Of a DNA stretch of 64,000 nucleotides, positions 13,481-25,480 are shown one piece after another. The stretch's first letter is position 1. Every line of letters starts with the position of its first letter. Origin of the DNA: the human T2T-CHM13v2.0 reference genome, Homo sapiens; the NCBI RefSeq assembly GCF_009914755.1, contig NC_060938.1. One strand, given 5' to 3'. The notes beneath the pieces were generated by a model. It was not told the origin of the DNA and did no database searches. It saw nothing but the letters and a program-made list of their open reading frames with translations. The translations under genes were made by a program, and so were the position numbers.

Positions 13481-13979
13481 CATCAGGATATCAGCATTCA
13501 CCCAACAATACGGTCCAATCAACAGATGCTATAATCTCATCCAAATTTTCTCAGGTGTGCCCTAAATACATTTTTTTGAACTTTGTAATCCAGGATCCAA
13601 TCCAGGATTTCCCATTGCATTAACTGTCATGTCTCTTAAGCTCCTTCAACCTCAAAGAGTTCCTCTGTTTTGCCCTATTTTTCATAAACTTAAGAGTTTT
13701 AAAGAGCATAAGCATTTATGAAGGATGTGTTCACCTTTTTCCATCTGATGTGTTTCCAACATCCAGACTTAGGTCATGTATCTTTCAGAAGAAAACCGCA
13801 GAAATAATGCTGTGGTCTTCCTAGGATATCACAGCAGGAGGAACATGATCAAGTTTGAGCCAGATTTCTCCACCACAAAGTCATCATTCTTCCAATTGTA
13901 ATTGACAAGTATTTCATATGAAGATATTAAATACACATACACATGAGTGTATATTTATATGTAAAATACATACAAAATA

Positions 13980-14160
13980 TTATTTTAATATCTAACCAAC
14001 ATAAAAGTTATTAATTAGATATGTTTAATTTTATTTCCTACTAAGTTTTCAAAATCTGGTGTGTGTTTTACCCTGACAGCACATCTTGGTCCAGCCTAGC
14101 CACATTTCAAATGCTTAATATTCACATGGCTGTGGCTACCATATTTGTCAGGGCAGCACT
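13980..14160. mobile_element. MER3/MER33-like hAT-Charlie relic
   Basis: Motifs ctaagttttcaaaatctggtgtgtgttttac, ctagccacatttcaaatgct and gtggctaccatatt. Confidence 0.7.
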
Positions 14161-15404
14161 AAAGCATTAAGGAACTTCTTCCTTGGAGAAGTTCTAAGCT
14201 TTCAAAATGTTTGGCAAATACATTTTATAAAATTCTTCAGAATCCATAAATAGGCAGTTACACATTTAGAAAGCCATAGAATCCAACATGACATTAAAAA
14301 TGAATCCCTCAAAAAAAAGAAGGTAGGCAAAATGTTCTTCAGACCAAATGGACAAATCAATTATGATTACCTAACATGCCCATTATTATTTATTAACATC
14401 CTTCATTAATACCCCCAAACCCCATCAACAGGTAAATGAATAAATGCATTGAGGCCTATCTGAACAATGTCCCAATTCCTTACCATTCTTACTTCTTTTG
14501 CAAGCAGAAAGACTCAGTATTACCAAAGACTATTCAGATAGTTTGTTCTTATGCCAGTAGTTGTAATTTCCTGGAGGTCTATATGATATCAATTATGTAC
14601 TTCAATACTTCTCACAAGTACTTTTCCTGTTTGGCCATTTTCTGCAGTATATCCATGCTCCCATTTTCTATATTCTTTTATTTCTATCCTAGACTTTTCT
14701 TTCATCCTATAATTCTTTATCCTAAAAATATTAATTTAAGGATAACATCACAAAATAGTGTATTTCTTCAGATGATACTCCAAATTGATGCTTAATATAC
14801 GGAAATGACTATCATGGACATAACCCACAACATGTGAAATGTATGGCTGACTCTACTGACATTATAAAGGAAAGTTAATGACAACTGAGTTTCTAGTCAT
14901 TTTCCACCCAACCAGTTGCTTATAAAATGGCAAGGAGTTGTAGATATGTACACAGTGGCTATTTTTTGGTGGGGTGTTCAGCAACTCTCCTCTTGAGAGC
15001 CCCCCTTTTCTTTGGGGACCATTTCAATGAGCACCAACTAGGCCTGACCCAACCTACCATCCCCAGCCCTAGAGGTGATCATGATGTCCAGCTCTGGCAA
15101 AATACTCTACCCTTGGATCATAGCAACTGTTTCAGTACTTTTTTTTTTGGAATCATCAGGAAGGACTCTTGCTTTTTCTACCACTGTGGTCTGTGAGGAC
15201 AAAGTAAAGTGGGTTATCTGTAGCACTATCTCTTGCTACAGACAGAGAAGAGAGTCATCTTCAGAAGGAAAAAATGAGGCTAAAACAAAAGGAAAAGTGT
15301 CAAGAGAAAGAAGGAGAACAATTTCTTGATGATTTTATGTAAGCCTCTGGGTCCAGCTATGCATGACAGAGACTTGGGTTAAAGCTCTGTCACTTATAGG
15401 ATCA

Positions 15405-16450
15405 TTGACTTAAATATAAAATAAAGTATTAAAAGCTATGAACTTTTAGATGAAAATACAGAAAAAAAATCTTTGTATTATTCAATTAATCAAAAATGTC
15501 TTAGATGAAGCCCCAAAAACCAAATGCACAAGAACAATTAATAAATTGGACCCCATCGAAATTAAGAGCATCTGCTATTTGAAAGATAGTGTTATGAGAG
15601 CAAAAAAGAAAACTCAAGGGGAAAATACTGGCAAGTCTCATATCTAATAAGGGATTTGAATCCAGAGTATATAAAGAAACTATTAAATTTAATAATGAGA
15701 AAATAAGCAAAGAAAAAAACAAAAAAGGAAGAAGCAAAAAAAATGTGAACATACACTCTACCAAATATATACAGATGGCATGTAAGTACATAGATACTAC
15801 ATATTATTAGGCATTATGGAACCACAATAAAATACTATTGTACACACATGAAAATGTCTAAAATTTTAAAAGAAGGCCCATACAAACTGTTGGCAAAATT
15901 GTGGAATTCTTATATACTGCTGATAAAAATATAAAATGGTACAACCATTTTGGCAAACATTTTGACAGTCTCTTAAAACTAAACCTAAACCTATTAGCTA
16001 TTACACTCCTAATATTTACTCAAAGTTAGAAGAACTTATGTACATGAATGTTCATTGCAAATGTATTTGTATAATTCCAAAACCGGAAGCAATGCAAAAA
16101 CCTATCAACAGGCAAATGGATATATAAATTGTGACCGATCTGCACAATAGACTACTACTCAGTAATAAAATTAATGACTTATTGATGCCTGCAATATAGC
16201 TGAATCTCAAAATAATTATGCTGTGTGAAAGATGCCAGACCCCTCCAAAAAAGGGTCCATACTACACTTCATTTATATAAATGTCTAGACAAGGCAAACT
16301 ATTTTATAGTGACAGATTGGTGATTTCCAGGGAGAGTGGTAAGGTAGGAAGATACAGAAAGTTTGGGATTCTAAAAGGCAAGGGGAAACTTTTATGAGTG
16401 CTGGATATGTTCATTATTTTTATTTTGGTGATGGATTTGCAAGTACATAT
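15405..16450 (+). mobile_element. old L1M (L1MC/ME-type) 3' region
   Basis: Degenerate ORF2-end and 3'UTR motifs (ataaattggac, aaatggtacaaccattttgg, gaatctcaaaataattatgctg). Confidence 0.7.
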
Positions 16451-16781
16451 AAAAAATAACACACAATGGAAGTAGAAACAGTATTTTTGTTTCTTTCTTT
16501 AAAAAGCACAATTTACTTACTATTGGGATGTGTGTGCCTGTTGGGCACACAGCACAACTTTTCAAATCTTAAAATCGGACTGGATCTCAACCACTGGACC
16601 TTATTCCTATTCCACACTGACTTTAGCACAATACCTCCTTTCATCGCGGTAATTAACAACACCCACCCTAAAGGTAAAGAAATGCACTTCTCACTAACTA
16701 CTTTTGAAACTATGAACTGCCTCAGGCTAGTAGTTCTTAAGGTCTCCAGCAAATGTTGCTTTGTTTCCCTCAAAAATATAC

Positions 16782-16947
16782 AGCCTGGGCAACATGGCAA
16801 AACCACGTCTCTACTAAAATTACAAAACTTAGCCAGGCATGGTGGTGCATGCCTGTTGTCCCAGCTACTCAGGGAGGCAGAGGCTGCAGTGAGCCTAGAC
16901 CTCACCACTCCACTCCAGCCTGGGGGACAGAGTGACACCCCCATCTC
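16782..16947 (+). mobile_element. internally deleted old Alu fragment
   Basis: Motifs agcctgggcaacatggcaaaacc, cccagctactcagggaggcagaggctgcagtgagc and cactccagcctggg. Confidence 0.8.
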
Positions 16948-17199
16948 AGGTACACTCACACACATACACATACTCACACGCTATCCGCTGGTGCCCCTGT
17001 CAGTTAAACACAGCATCTCAGGGCACCTTAGCACACAGTGTGAGAGCCGTGGTTCTAAACACTTCAATTAGAAGTGAAACATCTCTGGCTGGATTTTTAG
17101 AATATTTACTTTTTAATGTTTTATATTATATTTATTTTGTATGTTTTAATTAATTTATCTGAATACAAGAATCCAGACATTTGGAAGTAAAACAATGGA

Positions 17200-17625
17200 A
17201 AACATGCCTACAAACACTAATCAGCACAAAGCTCATGTTGCTATGTTATTATTGACAGTTTAGACTTAAGCAAAGAAATATTGCTAAGATAAAAAAGATT
17301 TTACGATGTCAGTCACTAGAAAAGTATGCCAATTTTAAATATGTATAAATATAAAATATCCCTTCAAATTATTTACTAAAGAAACTGATATAACTAAAAG
17401 AAAAATGGACTAATCTACAATATAGATTTTAACATACCTTTCAATTACTGATGGAACCAACAGAAAACAATCCATAAGAGAAAGGGAGATTTGATGAACA
17501 CAATGAACAAACTTGACATAAACTGACATATACAGAACGCGACACTCAACAACTATTGAATACACATCCTTTTCCAGTGCATGTATCATATTTACCAACA
17601 TAGATTATATGTTGGAATTTAAAGG
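17200..17625 (+). mobile_element. old L1 ORF2 endonuclease-region relic
   Basis: Motifs agattttaacatacctttc, gatttgatgaacacaatgaacaaacttgac and gaatacacatccttttccagtgcatg. Confidence 0.65.
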
Positions 17626-19029
17626 GACTCATCACAGAGTATTCAGTCGTGGGATTTTGCCTAAATTTGTCTGGCCTTCAACAGGGTTCAAATACAGTTA
17701 AATTCTTATTTCATCTAAAGAGTCCTATCCTTTTTTTTTTTTTTTGGAAATTTTACTGCAACAATCTAAATTTGCATAACAACTGAACCCAGCCCTTGGA
17801 ACTTGAAGTTTATTCTAGCCAAAGGCAGATTAAACTGTCTAAGTAGTAATGTCCTTCAAATTGTTGTCCCCTGTTCCAGTAACAGAGTATAGCTCCAAGA
17901 AGCTAACAGACTGTTTGTCCTTCATAGTATACATTCTATGTTACATCAAAACACGGTATAAAGCCTTGAAATCAGCAGCAGAGAGAAAATGAGATCAACA
18001 ACCATCTAGCTGTGACTTCACAACTTAGTAATTACGCTTTTAGCTGACTCCTTTACTTGATTCTTAACTGCTTATTTCTGGCAAGGTAGCACTAATCCCT
18101 GACTAAGTTGACCTTTTAAGAAGTGAGTGGAACGAAAAGGCTCTACCACCAGTGATCAGTTTAACAAGCTGCAACACTAGTCACTGGCTGCAACTCTAGT
18201 CACTGGCTGCAACTCTTATTGTGGGTTTTAAGAGCTCAGAATTAACATGGAAATACTGTTGACTCCAAAAGAAACCCAGAAATCTCTGGGAATCCAGCAA
18301 AGATAGAAAGGGTCTTCTCAATAGTCACCACTCATACTTTACTTTGTCTTGGTAACTATTTTTATTACATACGGAGAATATCAAAAAAGTATGCCTTTTC
18401 CTCATTGTTAATGCTAAACTTAAAATGGTAAGGCTCTTGCAGGTTGAAACCCCCAGGCTCTCACTGGCTCTTCAACAGAAGGCAGTGAATTCACCTGCAA
18501 GAGTGATCACCCAAAAAGCTTCCAGGCTGGACAAGTTGGGACTCAGTTCTTGCAGTTCCCAAATTCACAGTTCTCTTGGGACACGGTTATTTTTGGAGCT
18601 CCTGAAGATGAGAAATTCCACCCACGAAATTCTGTTTATGAAAATTATTCACATCTAATTATCTCAGGAGACATTAACACAGCAATGTTGAAAATTTTCC
18701 ATTAATTGTTAATCCACAGAGAAAAACTGAACAATTATTTTTTAAAATATGAAAAGCTTCATATAATACAAATTATACTCCCACATGTGATTCAATTTCT
18801 ACTCATTAATGTCAGAGAAGTTAATAATTATGAATTGCCAGTGGTTAAAAAAAATAAATCATTCATCATTGGAGAAGTACAGAAGGTTTAAAAGAGATAA
18901 GAATTAGCTTTTGGCTTTGAGGCGTTTTACGCTTTCCAAAAGGTTTTGCTCTTTTTTTTGCTCATGGCTTTCTCTCTCTCTCTCTCTCTTTCTGATTTCA
19001 GTTTCTTTTGATTTCTCCTGCTTAGAAAT

Positions 19030-20010
19030 GGTGAGAGAACTTTGGATGTGGAACGTGGAGTAGGAGTAACACGAAGTGAGGGTCTGCACTTGGGGTGGTC
19101 AGCACTGCGGATGCCCAGCAAAGGCACTGCCTGGTCCACATCCCGGGGGTGTCTCTGTGCCCCAGTCGGCATCGCAGCTGATGGTGAAACTTTTCGTGTG
19201 GCACAAGAGTGTCCACAAACTTTGGAAGGTATCCGCTGCATCCTCCATGGCCGTGTATGCCTGCCGAGGGCGATCTTCTCGGGGAGCGGAAAGTCCTGTT
19301 CATGGGGCAGGGCTGGCTGGCTGGAGCCACTTGCGGGGCACAGCCCTGGCGGAGATTCAGGCGGCCCCGGTGTCGCAAGCGGCTGTGAATAATGCCTCCT
19401 TGGGGCCGGAGTGGTACCAGGAAGGCTGCAGACCAGGGCTGACCAGCAGGCAGCATGGTGGCCGCGATGGAAGGTGACGGGGTTCGCAGCGCCAGGGGGC
19501 CCAGCAGACCCCGAGCCCCGGCATCCCGCATCGCCAGCAGCACCGCGGGGAGGCCTGGCGCTGGTGTCGCGGCGGCCACTGCATGAGGCCCACGACCCAG
19601 TCCCAGAGGCCAGCCCATCGTCAGCTAACATCAGGAACTCCGGGCCAGCTGAGGCCCGGGCCCCAGGGGCAAGACAAAGGGCAGAGGGTCCGCAGGCAGG
19701 GCCAAGAGCCGGCAGCGCAGGCCTGGCTCCACCGCCACGGAGCTCGCAGGGCGCAGCAGGCACCGGGCAGCGACCAGGGCTTCCAGAGGAGGCTGCGCAC
19801 CCCCGCAAAGGCTTCTGCCGGGCGTCCAGCTTATCCGCGGGGACTCCACGTGCACCCCCTCCTCATTGTCCTTGTCTAGGGCCACGGCAAGGTCCTACCT
19901 CCCATGGCGTGACTCCGGGGGTGTAGGAGCCTGGGCTGAGCAGGTGGAGTAGGGTGAGCACCGCCAAGAACTCAGCGAGAGTGGCGCCCCAGGGCGGCAC
20001 AGGAGGCCGC
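19030..20010. promoter_or_regulatory. CpG-island-like GC-rich segment of unidentified origin
   Basis: About 1 kb of GC-rich sequence with many CpGs, bounded abruptly by AT-rich DNA at ~20010 and a (CT)n/T-rich tract at ~18950-19010. Confidence 0.7.
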
Positions 20011-20869
20011 ATTTAACGTGTCATTCATCTCAAAGATTTTATGACATCTTCTTTTTTTGACATCTTATAATATCTATAACGTTGATTATATCTTGTGATA
20101 TAATTATTAACAGCACTTCATTGTGATTATGATTATTTTTATACCAACACATCTTCAATTATTAATATTCGCAGTTGCTGAAGAAAAATGAAAACGACTA
20201 GTTTTGAAAGCCTTACTTCTGCCAATGGAAGCACATTCCAGCATGTCGCCAACGCAATCCACTTTCCACCACTTTCACAAGAAACGTTACTGCACAATTT
20301 TACTATCCTACCCTTATATACTTTGTGTGTGTGTACTTGTGTGTATGTATACATGTTATATATGTAATAAATATATATATAATATATATAATAAATATAT
20401 ATGTAATAAATAAATATATAAAGTATGCCACAGATGAACAAGTATTAGAAAATTAAATGCACATAGGTCATGTCAGTGCTATGTATAATGTGGTGTACTA
20501 AGTATAGATGTTCAACAGTGTGGGATCTAGGCTGGAACAACACTCCTAGTCTTAAGCAATTCTTTCTAGGTTCAGTCTCTGGAAATAATGCTTTGTATCA
20601 AATGTGCAAGAAAATTAATGGGTTTTAAAGACTATTCTATGTCAACTATAACATTTCATTTGGGAATTTCTGTCCCTTATAATATCTACCTCAGTTTGGA
20701 TGGATTCCTTGAGGCCTGGTTTATTTTTCTTTTCCTTTCTACATATCGCTGCTCAGAGTGATGAATGGAGTTGTATTTTGAATAAAATATCTAAGCATCC
20801 TTTTGTGAGCAAGGAGCATGATGGTATTTAGGCCTACCATTTCTTGTTACGGTGGTTACGGTTATGGTG

Positions 20870-23800
20870 GGGCTGGGGTATTTACCTGGAGCCTGGATGT
20901 CCACTGGGACATGATACCCACTGGGATTTTTTTGTGTCAACCTTTTCTCTGATGTCCTCCTGGGGACTGGGTATCCACCTAAGGCCTGATGTTTACCTGG
21001 AGCCAGATGTGCACCTGAGGCCTGATGTCTATCTGTGGCCTTATGTTCACCTGGTGACTGATGCACATCTGAAGCATAGTTATTCACCTGGGGCCTGATA
21101 TCCACCTGTAGTATGGGTGTCAACCTTAGGGCTGACGTTCAGCTGGCATCCACTGTCTACTTGGGGCCTGGTGTACACATGGGGCCTGGGCATCCACTTG
21201 AGACTTGATGTTTAATATGGTCTGGAGTTCTCTTGGGGCCTGTTGTACCCTGGAGCCTGGGTGTACAACTGGACCATGATGTCCCAGGTGGACACCTGGG
21301 TCCCAGGTGATCTTCAGGCCATAGGTGAAAACTCCAGGCTCTAAGTGGACAACAAGGCCCCATGCTGATGTTTACTGGGGCCAGATGTCTACCAGGCCCC
21401 AGCTGAAAACTCCAGGCTCCAAGTGGACAACATGGCCCCAGGTTCCAGGTAGACACTGGAATCCAAATCAACACCAGGCCCCAGATGGACACCCAGGCCT
21501 GTGGTGGACATCAGACTCCAGAAGGTCATCTGGCTCTAGGTGAATATCAAGCCCCAGGTGGATACCTAGTCCCCAGGTGGATATCAGGCCCCACTTTGAC
21601 ACCAGTCCCTGGGTAGATACCTGGCTTCAGGTGGATATCCATTCTCTAGCTAAGCATCAGGCTCCAGGTGGACCCAGGCCCTAGCTGACTGGGGACTGGT
21701 GTTCATATGGGGCCACATGTCCATCTGGGCCCTGGGTGTCAACTTGTAGCCTGATGTCAACCTGGGAGCTGGTGTTCACCAGAGGACTAAAGTCCTCCTG
21801 GTGGCTGATGTCCAACTTGGGACTTTGTGTCCACCTGGAGACTGATGTCCACTTGGGACCAGATGTCCAACTGGAGCAAGATGTCCACCTGTAGCCTAGA
21901 ACTTCACCTAAGGCCTGATGTTCCCCAGGGCCTACAGGGCCTGTGTATCTACCTAGGGACTTGTGTCCAGGTGGGACCTGAGTTCCATCTGGGGCCTGGA
22001 ATTAACATGGGACCTGATGTCCACCTGAGGCCTGGGTGTTCCCCTGGAGTCTGATATCTATCTGGGGCCTGGGTGTCCTCCTGTGGTCTGATGTCCACTT
22101 GAAGTCTGGTGTCCACCTGGGGCCTGGGTGTCCACCTAGGAACCTGATGTATACCTGAAGTCCAGTATCTACCTGGGTACTGATGTCTACCAGGAAAGTG
22201 ATATAAACCTGGGGACTGAAAGCCACCTGGGCCCCGAGTGTCCACATATGTTCTGATTTCCGCTTTTGGCCTGAGTGTAGGTCCTGAGTGCCACCTGGGT
22301 CCTGATGTTCACCAGGAACCTAGGTATTCACTTGGGGCTTGCTGTCCACCTGGGGCCTAATGTCCACGTGGGACCTGGTATTCACCTAGAGCCTGGGCAG
22401 CCACCTGTGGCCTGATGTTCAGCTGGTGACTAGGAATTCCACTAAGGCTTGATGTCCACCTGGGGCATAGGTAACCACTTGTGGCCTAGTGTTGCCCTGA
22501 AGCCTAGGAGTCAACCCAGGGCATAATGTCTTCTTGGGGCCTGCCGTCCACCTGCAGGATGGTGTCTGCATAGAGCCTGGTATCCACCTGGGATCTGGTG
22601 TCTGCCTGGGGCCTAATGTCCCCCTGAAGACTGAGTATAGACCTCAGACCTGTTGTATGCCTGGGGCCTGTTTATCCACCTGGGGATGAGCATTCATCTG
22701 GGGCCTCATGTCCACTTAAGCCCTAGGTGTCAACCTGGTGCCTAATGGCCACCAGGGATCTATGTACTCACTTGGGGCCTGGTGCTCCCATAGGGCCTAG
22801 GTATACACCTGGGGAATGATGTGCAGGTGGAGGTGGATGTCTTCCTGGATGCTGGTGTTCACCTGGGGACAAGGGTCTCCCTGGGGACCGGTGTTTATCG
22901 GGAGCCTCATATGCACCTTGAACCTGCTGTCTACCTAGGGCCTGATGTCCATGTTAAGGCTGGGTGTCCACCTGGGACCTGGTTGTCCACTTGGGGCCTA
23001 ATGTCCACCTAAGACCTAGTGTTCACCTAGGGCCTGGGTGTCCACCTGGAGCGTGATGTTCAGCTGGAGATGCATCCACCCAAGACCTAGGTATCCACCA
23101 AGGGTCTGGTGTCGAACTGGGGTCTTGTGTCCACCTGGGGATTAGATATCTACCCGAGGCTTGATGTCCACCTGGAGCCCGATATCCACCTCAGAGCTGG
23201 GTGTCCACCCAGGTTCTGGTATCCACCCAGAGCCTGGTGTTCATCTGGGGCCCAGTGCCCACCTGGAACCTGGGTATCACCATTGGGCCTGGGTGTCCAC
23301 TTGGAACGTGATGTGCACCTGGGACCTGAGTTTCCACCTAGGGCCTGATGACCACCTGAGACCCAAGTGTCCACCTGGGGTCTGATGTCTACCTGAAGCC
23401 TAGGTAACCACCTAGGGCATGATGTTACCTGTGCCTTGATTTCCACCTCAGCCTGCTGTACACCTGGGGCCTGGGTGTCCATCTGAGGCCTGATGTACAC
23501 CTCAAGTCCAGTGTCCACTTGTGGCCTGATGTCAACTTGGAAGCTGATATCCACCTGGGGACTGATGTTCTCCTGGGGCCTGATATCCAACTGGGATCAG
23601 ATGTTCACCTAAGGCCTGGAGTTAATCTGGGGCCTGATGGTCACCAGGGTCCCAGGTGTCCACCTAGGACCTGATGTCCACCTGGAGTCTAGTATCCGCC
23701 TTGGCCCTGATGCTACTTGAGGCCTGGGTGTCTTCCTAGAACCTGAGTCCCCAACTGGGCCCTAATGTCCACCTGAGACCTGGTGTCCTTGTAGGGCGTG

Positions 23801-24050
23801 ATATCTACCTAAGGCCTGGGTATCCTCCTGCGCCTGATGCTCACCTGTAGGCTGGTGTCCATATGGGGCCTGGGTGTCCACCTGTGATCCTGATGTACAC
23901 CTGGAGTCCAGTGTCCCCTTGGTTACTAATACGTACCAGGAAAATGGTATATACCTGGGGCCTGATATACCCCTGGAGCCTGTATGTCCACTTGAGCCCT
24001 GATGTCCACCTGGGGCCTGGTGTTTACCTGGGGCCTATATCCACCCACTA
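20870..24050. repeat. degenerate 18/19-bp minisatellite (CCTGATGTCCACCTGGGG / CCTGGGTGTCCACCTGGGG), ~3.2 kb
   Basis: Continuous tandem degenerate units seen directly. Orientation is reversed at ~21283-21688. Confidence 0.93.
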
Positions 24051-25214
24051 CCCAAAGTCAAGTTGGGAAAAGGGCCCAGGATAGGTGAGGAGTACAGAAG
24101 AGGGACCTCATTCATAAGAAATTCTGCTGTAGAATGGGTGCTCTAAGCTCTTAAAACAGCCTCGGCCTCAGGAAAGTCTGTCCAGGGCATAGGAAGCCCA
24201 CACACAGGGTGGGATGACAAGTTCGCATCTGGCCCTGCTGGGAGACCTGGGGGCCTCTGCCCTTTTGGCTGCGTTGTCTCCTGCCTCTTAGGGTGGTGGG
24301 ATTCTGGGCCCTGATTGCAGCAGTTGGATTCACTTAGCTCTCCTCCCCTTTTAGCATTACTGTCTTCTGTAATAAACCTCTCACTTTGATCTGCCAGGCT
24401 GTCAAATGCTTTGATTACCCTCTCTGTTTTATTCCAATGGTTCATCAATTCAAATATCCACAATAGAAGGACAGATTTTAGTCTCTTCATACAGTGAGAT
24501 ATTTCACAGCTATTAAAAAAATAAAATAAATGCTTGTATATTGATATGCAAAGTTGTCCCACATCAATAACTTTTAAACACATTTTATGATCCCACATCT
24601 ATATCTATACATAATGTTTGCCACTGCTTAAACGAAACAAAATCTAAGCTTTAGACTCCAAATGGAATTACAGGGGAGTCTTGATGTCTGTGTTCTGCAG
24701 TTCTGTCAAGTTTGAAATTGTGAAATAAACATGGTGCCTTTCCGGTAGCCACTCAGAATTCATCCTGTCTTTCCACAAAGCATTGTCACCCTCCCTGTCC
24801 CATTTGCCCCAGCCCTGTGGAGCTTGCTGAGCTGGCACCATCATCTCTTGTAATAGACAAAGACATTGAGAACCAGAGAGGGGAAGCACCTTGTTGACAT
24901 CCCACAGCTCTGAGTCAAAGTGGACTTGGACTCCCTTACTAGCTGTTTCCTAAAGTCCAGGGAGCCCTGGAGGCCCAGGAATGTAAGGGCCAGAGCCTGG
25001 GGCTTTCTGTCCAGAAGTAGGGGAGGTGGGGCTACAGCTCATGGCTTGAGTGCATTTCCTCTCAAGTACAATAAGGGCTGCTTTGTAGATGAAAAATATA
25101 AATGGCTGCCTGCAAATTTGTCAGGTAATGTGTTTGTCTCCCCTATGATACTGTAAACTTGGTATAAGCAGGGACCTGTCTGAATCACCCTAGTGTCCCC
25201 AGCACCAGGGCAGA

Positions 25215-25480
25215 GCCTGACATAGAAAATGAATGATTTCATTAAATACCAACACCTTCTAGGTGCCACGTACTGCTCTAGGTGCTGGAATCTGCAGTGA
25301 ATAAGATACCCAGAATCCCTGCCCCTGTGTAGCCCTCACTGTAGTAGAGCAGAACAGATGATGAATAAGTAAGCATGCAGGGTGTGAGATGGGCGGGAGA
25401 GCTCCTTTTAGGAACCGGGTAGTGTGCAAAGCGGACACTCAGGAAAGAACGTGAGGGTTGAGCTGTGGATATGATGGAGA
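25215..25480 (-). mobile_element. L2 3' end relic
   Basis: ttcattaaatac...tgctctaggtgctggaatctgcagtgaataaga is a typical antisense L2 tail. Confidence 0.6.

Noticed and set aside
19345-19420. GDSGGP serine-protease motif in ORF 19042-19392
   Set aside because: No preceding C-x-G context, no TAAHC or DIAL motifs, and a stop follows immediately. Probably chance in GC-rich DNA.
20870-24050. Possible CRISPR-like repeat-spacer array or repetitive protein gene
   Set aside because: Units are contiguous and degenerate with no unique spacers or cas genes. All frames have frequent stops, and the context is primate.
24880-24925. VDIP peptide suggesting a TMEM61 (BSND neighbour) relic
   Set aside because: Only a four-residue match, lying inside MIR-like sequence.
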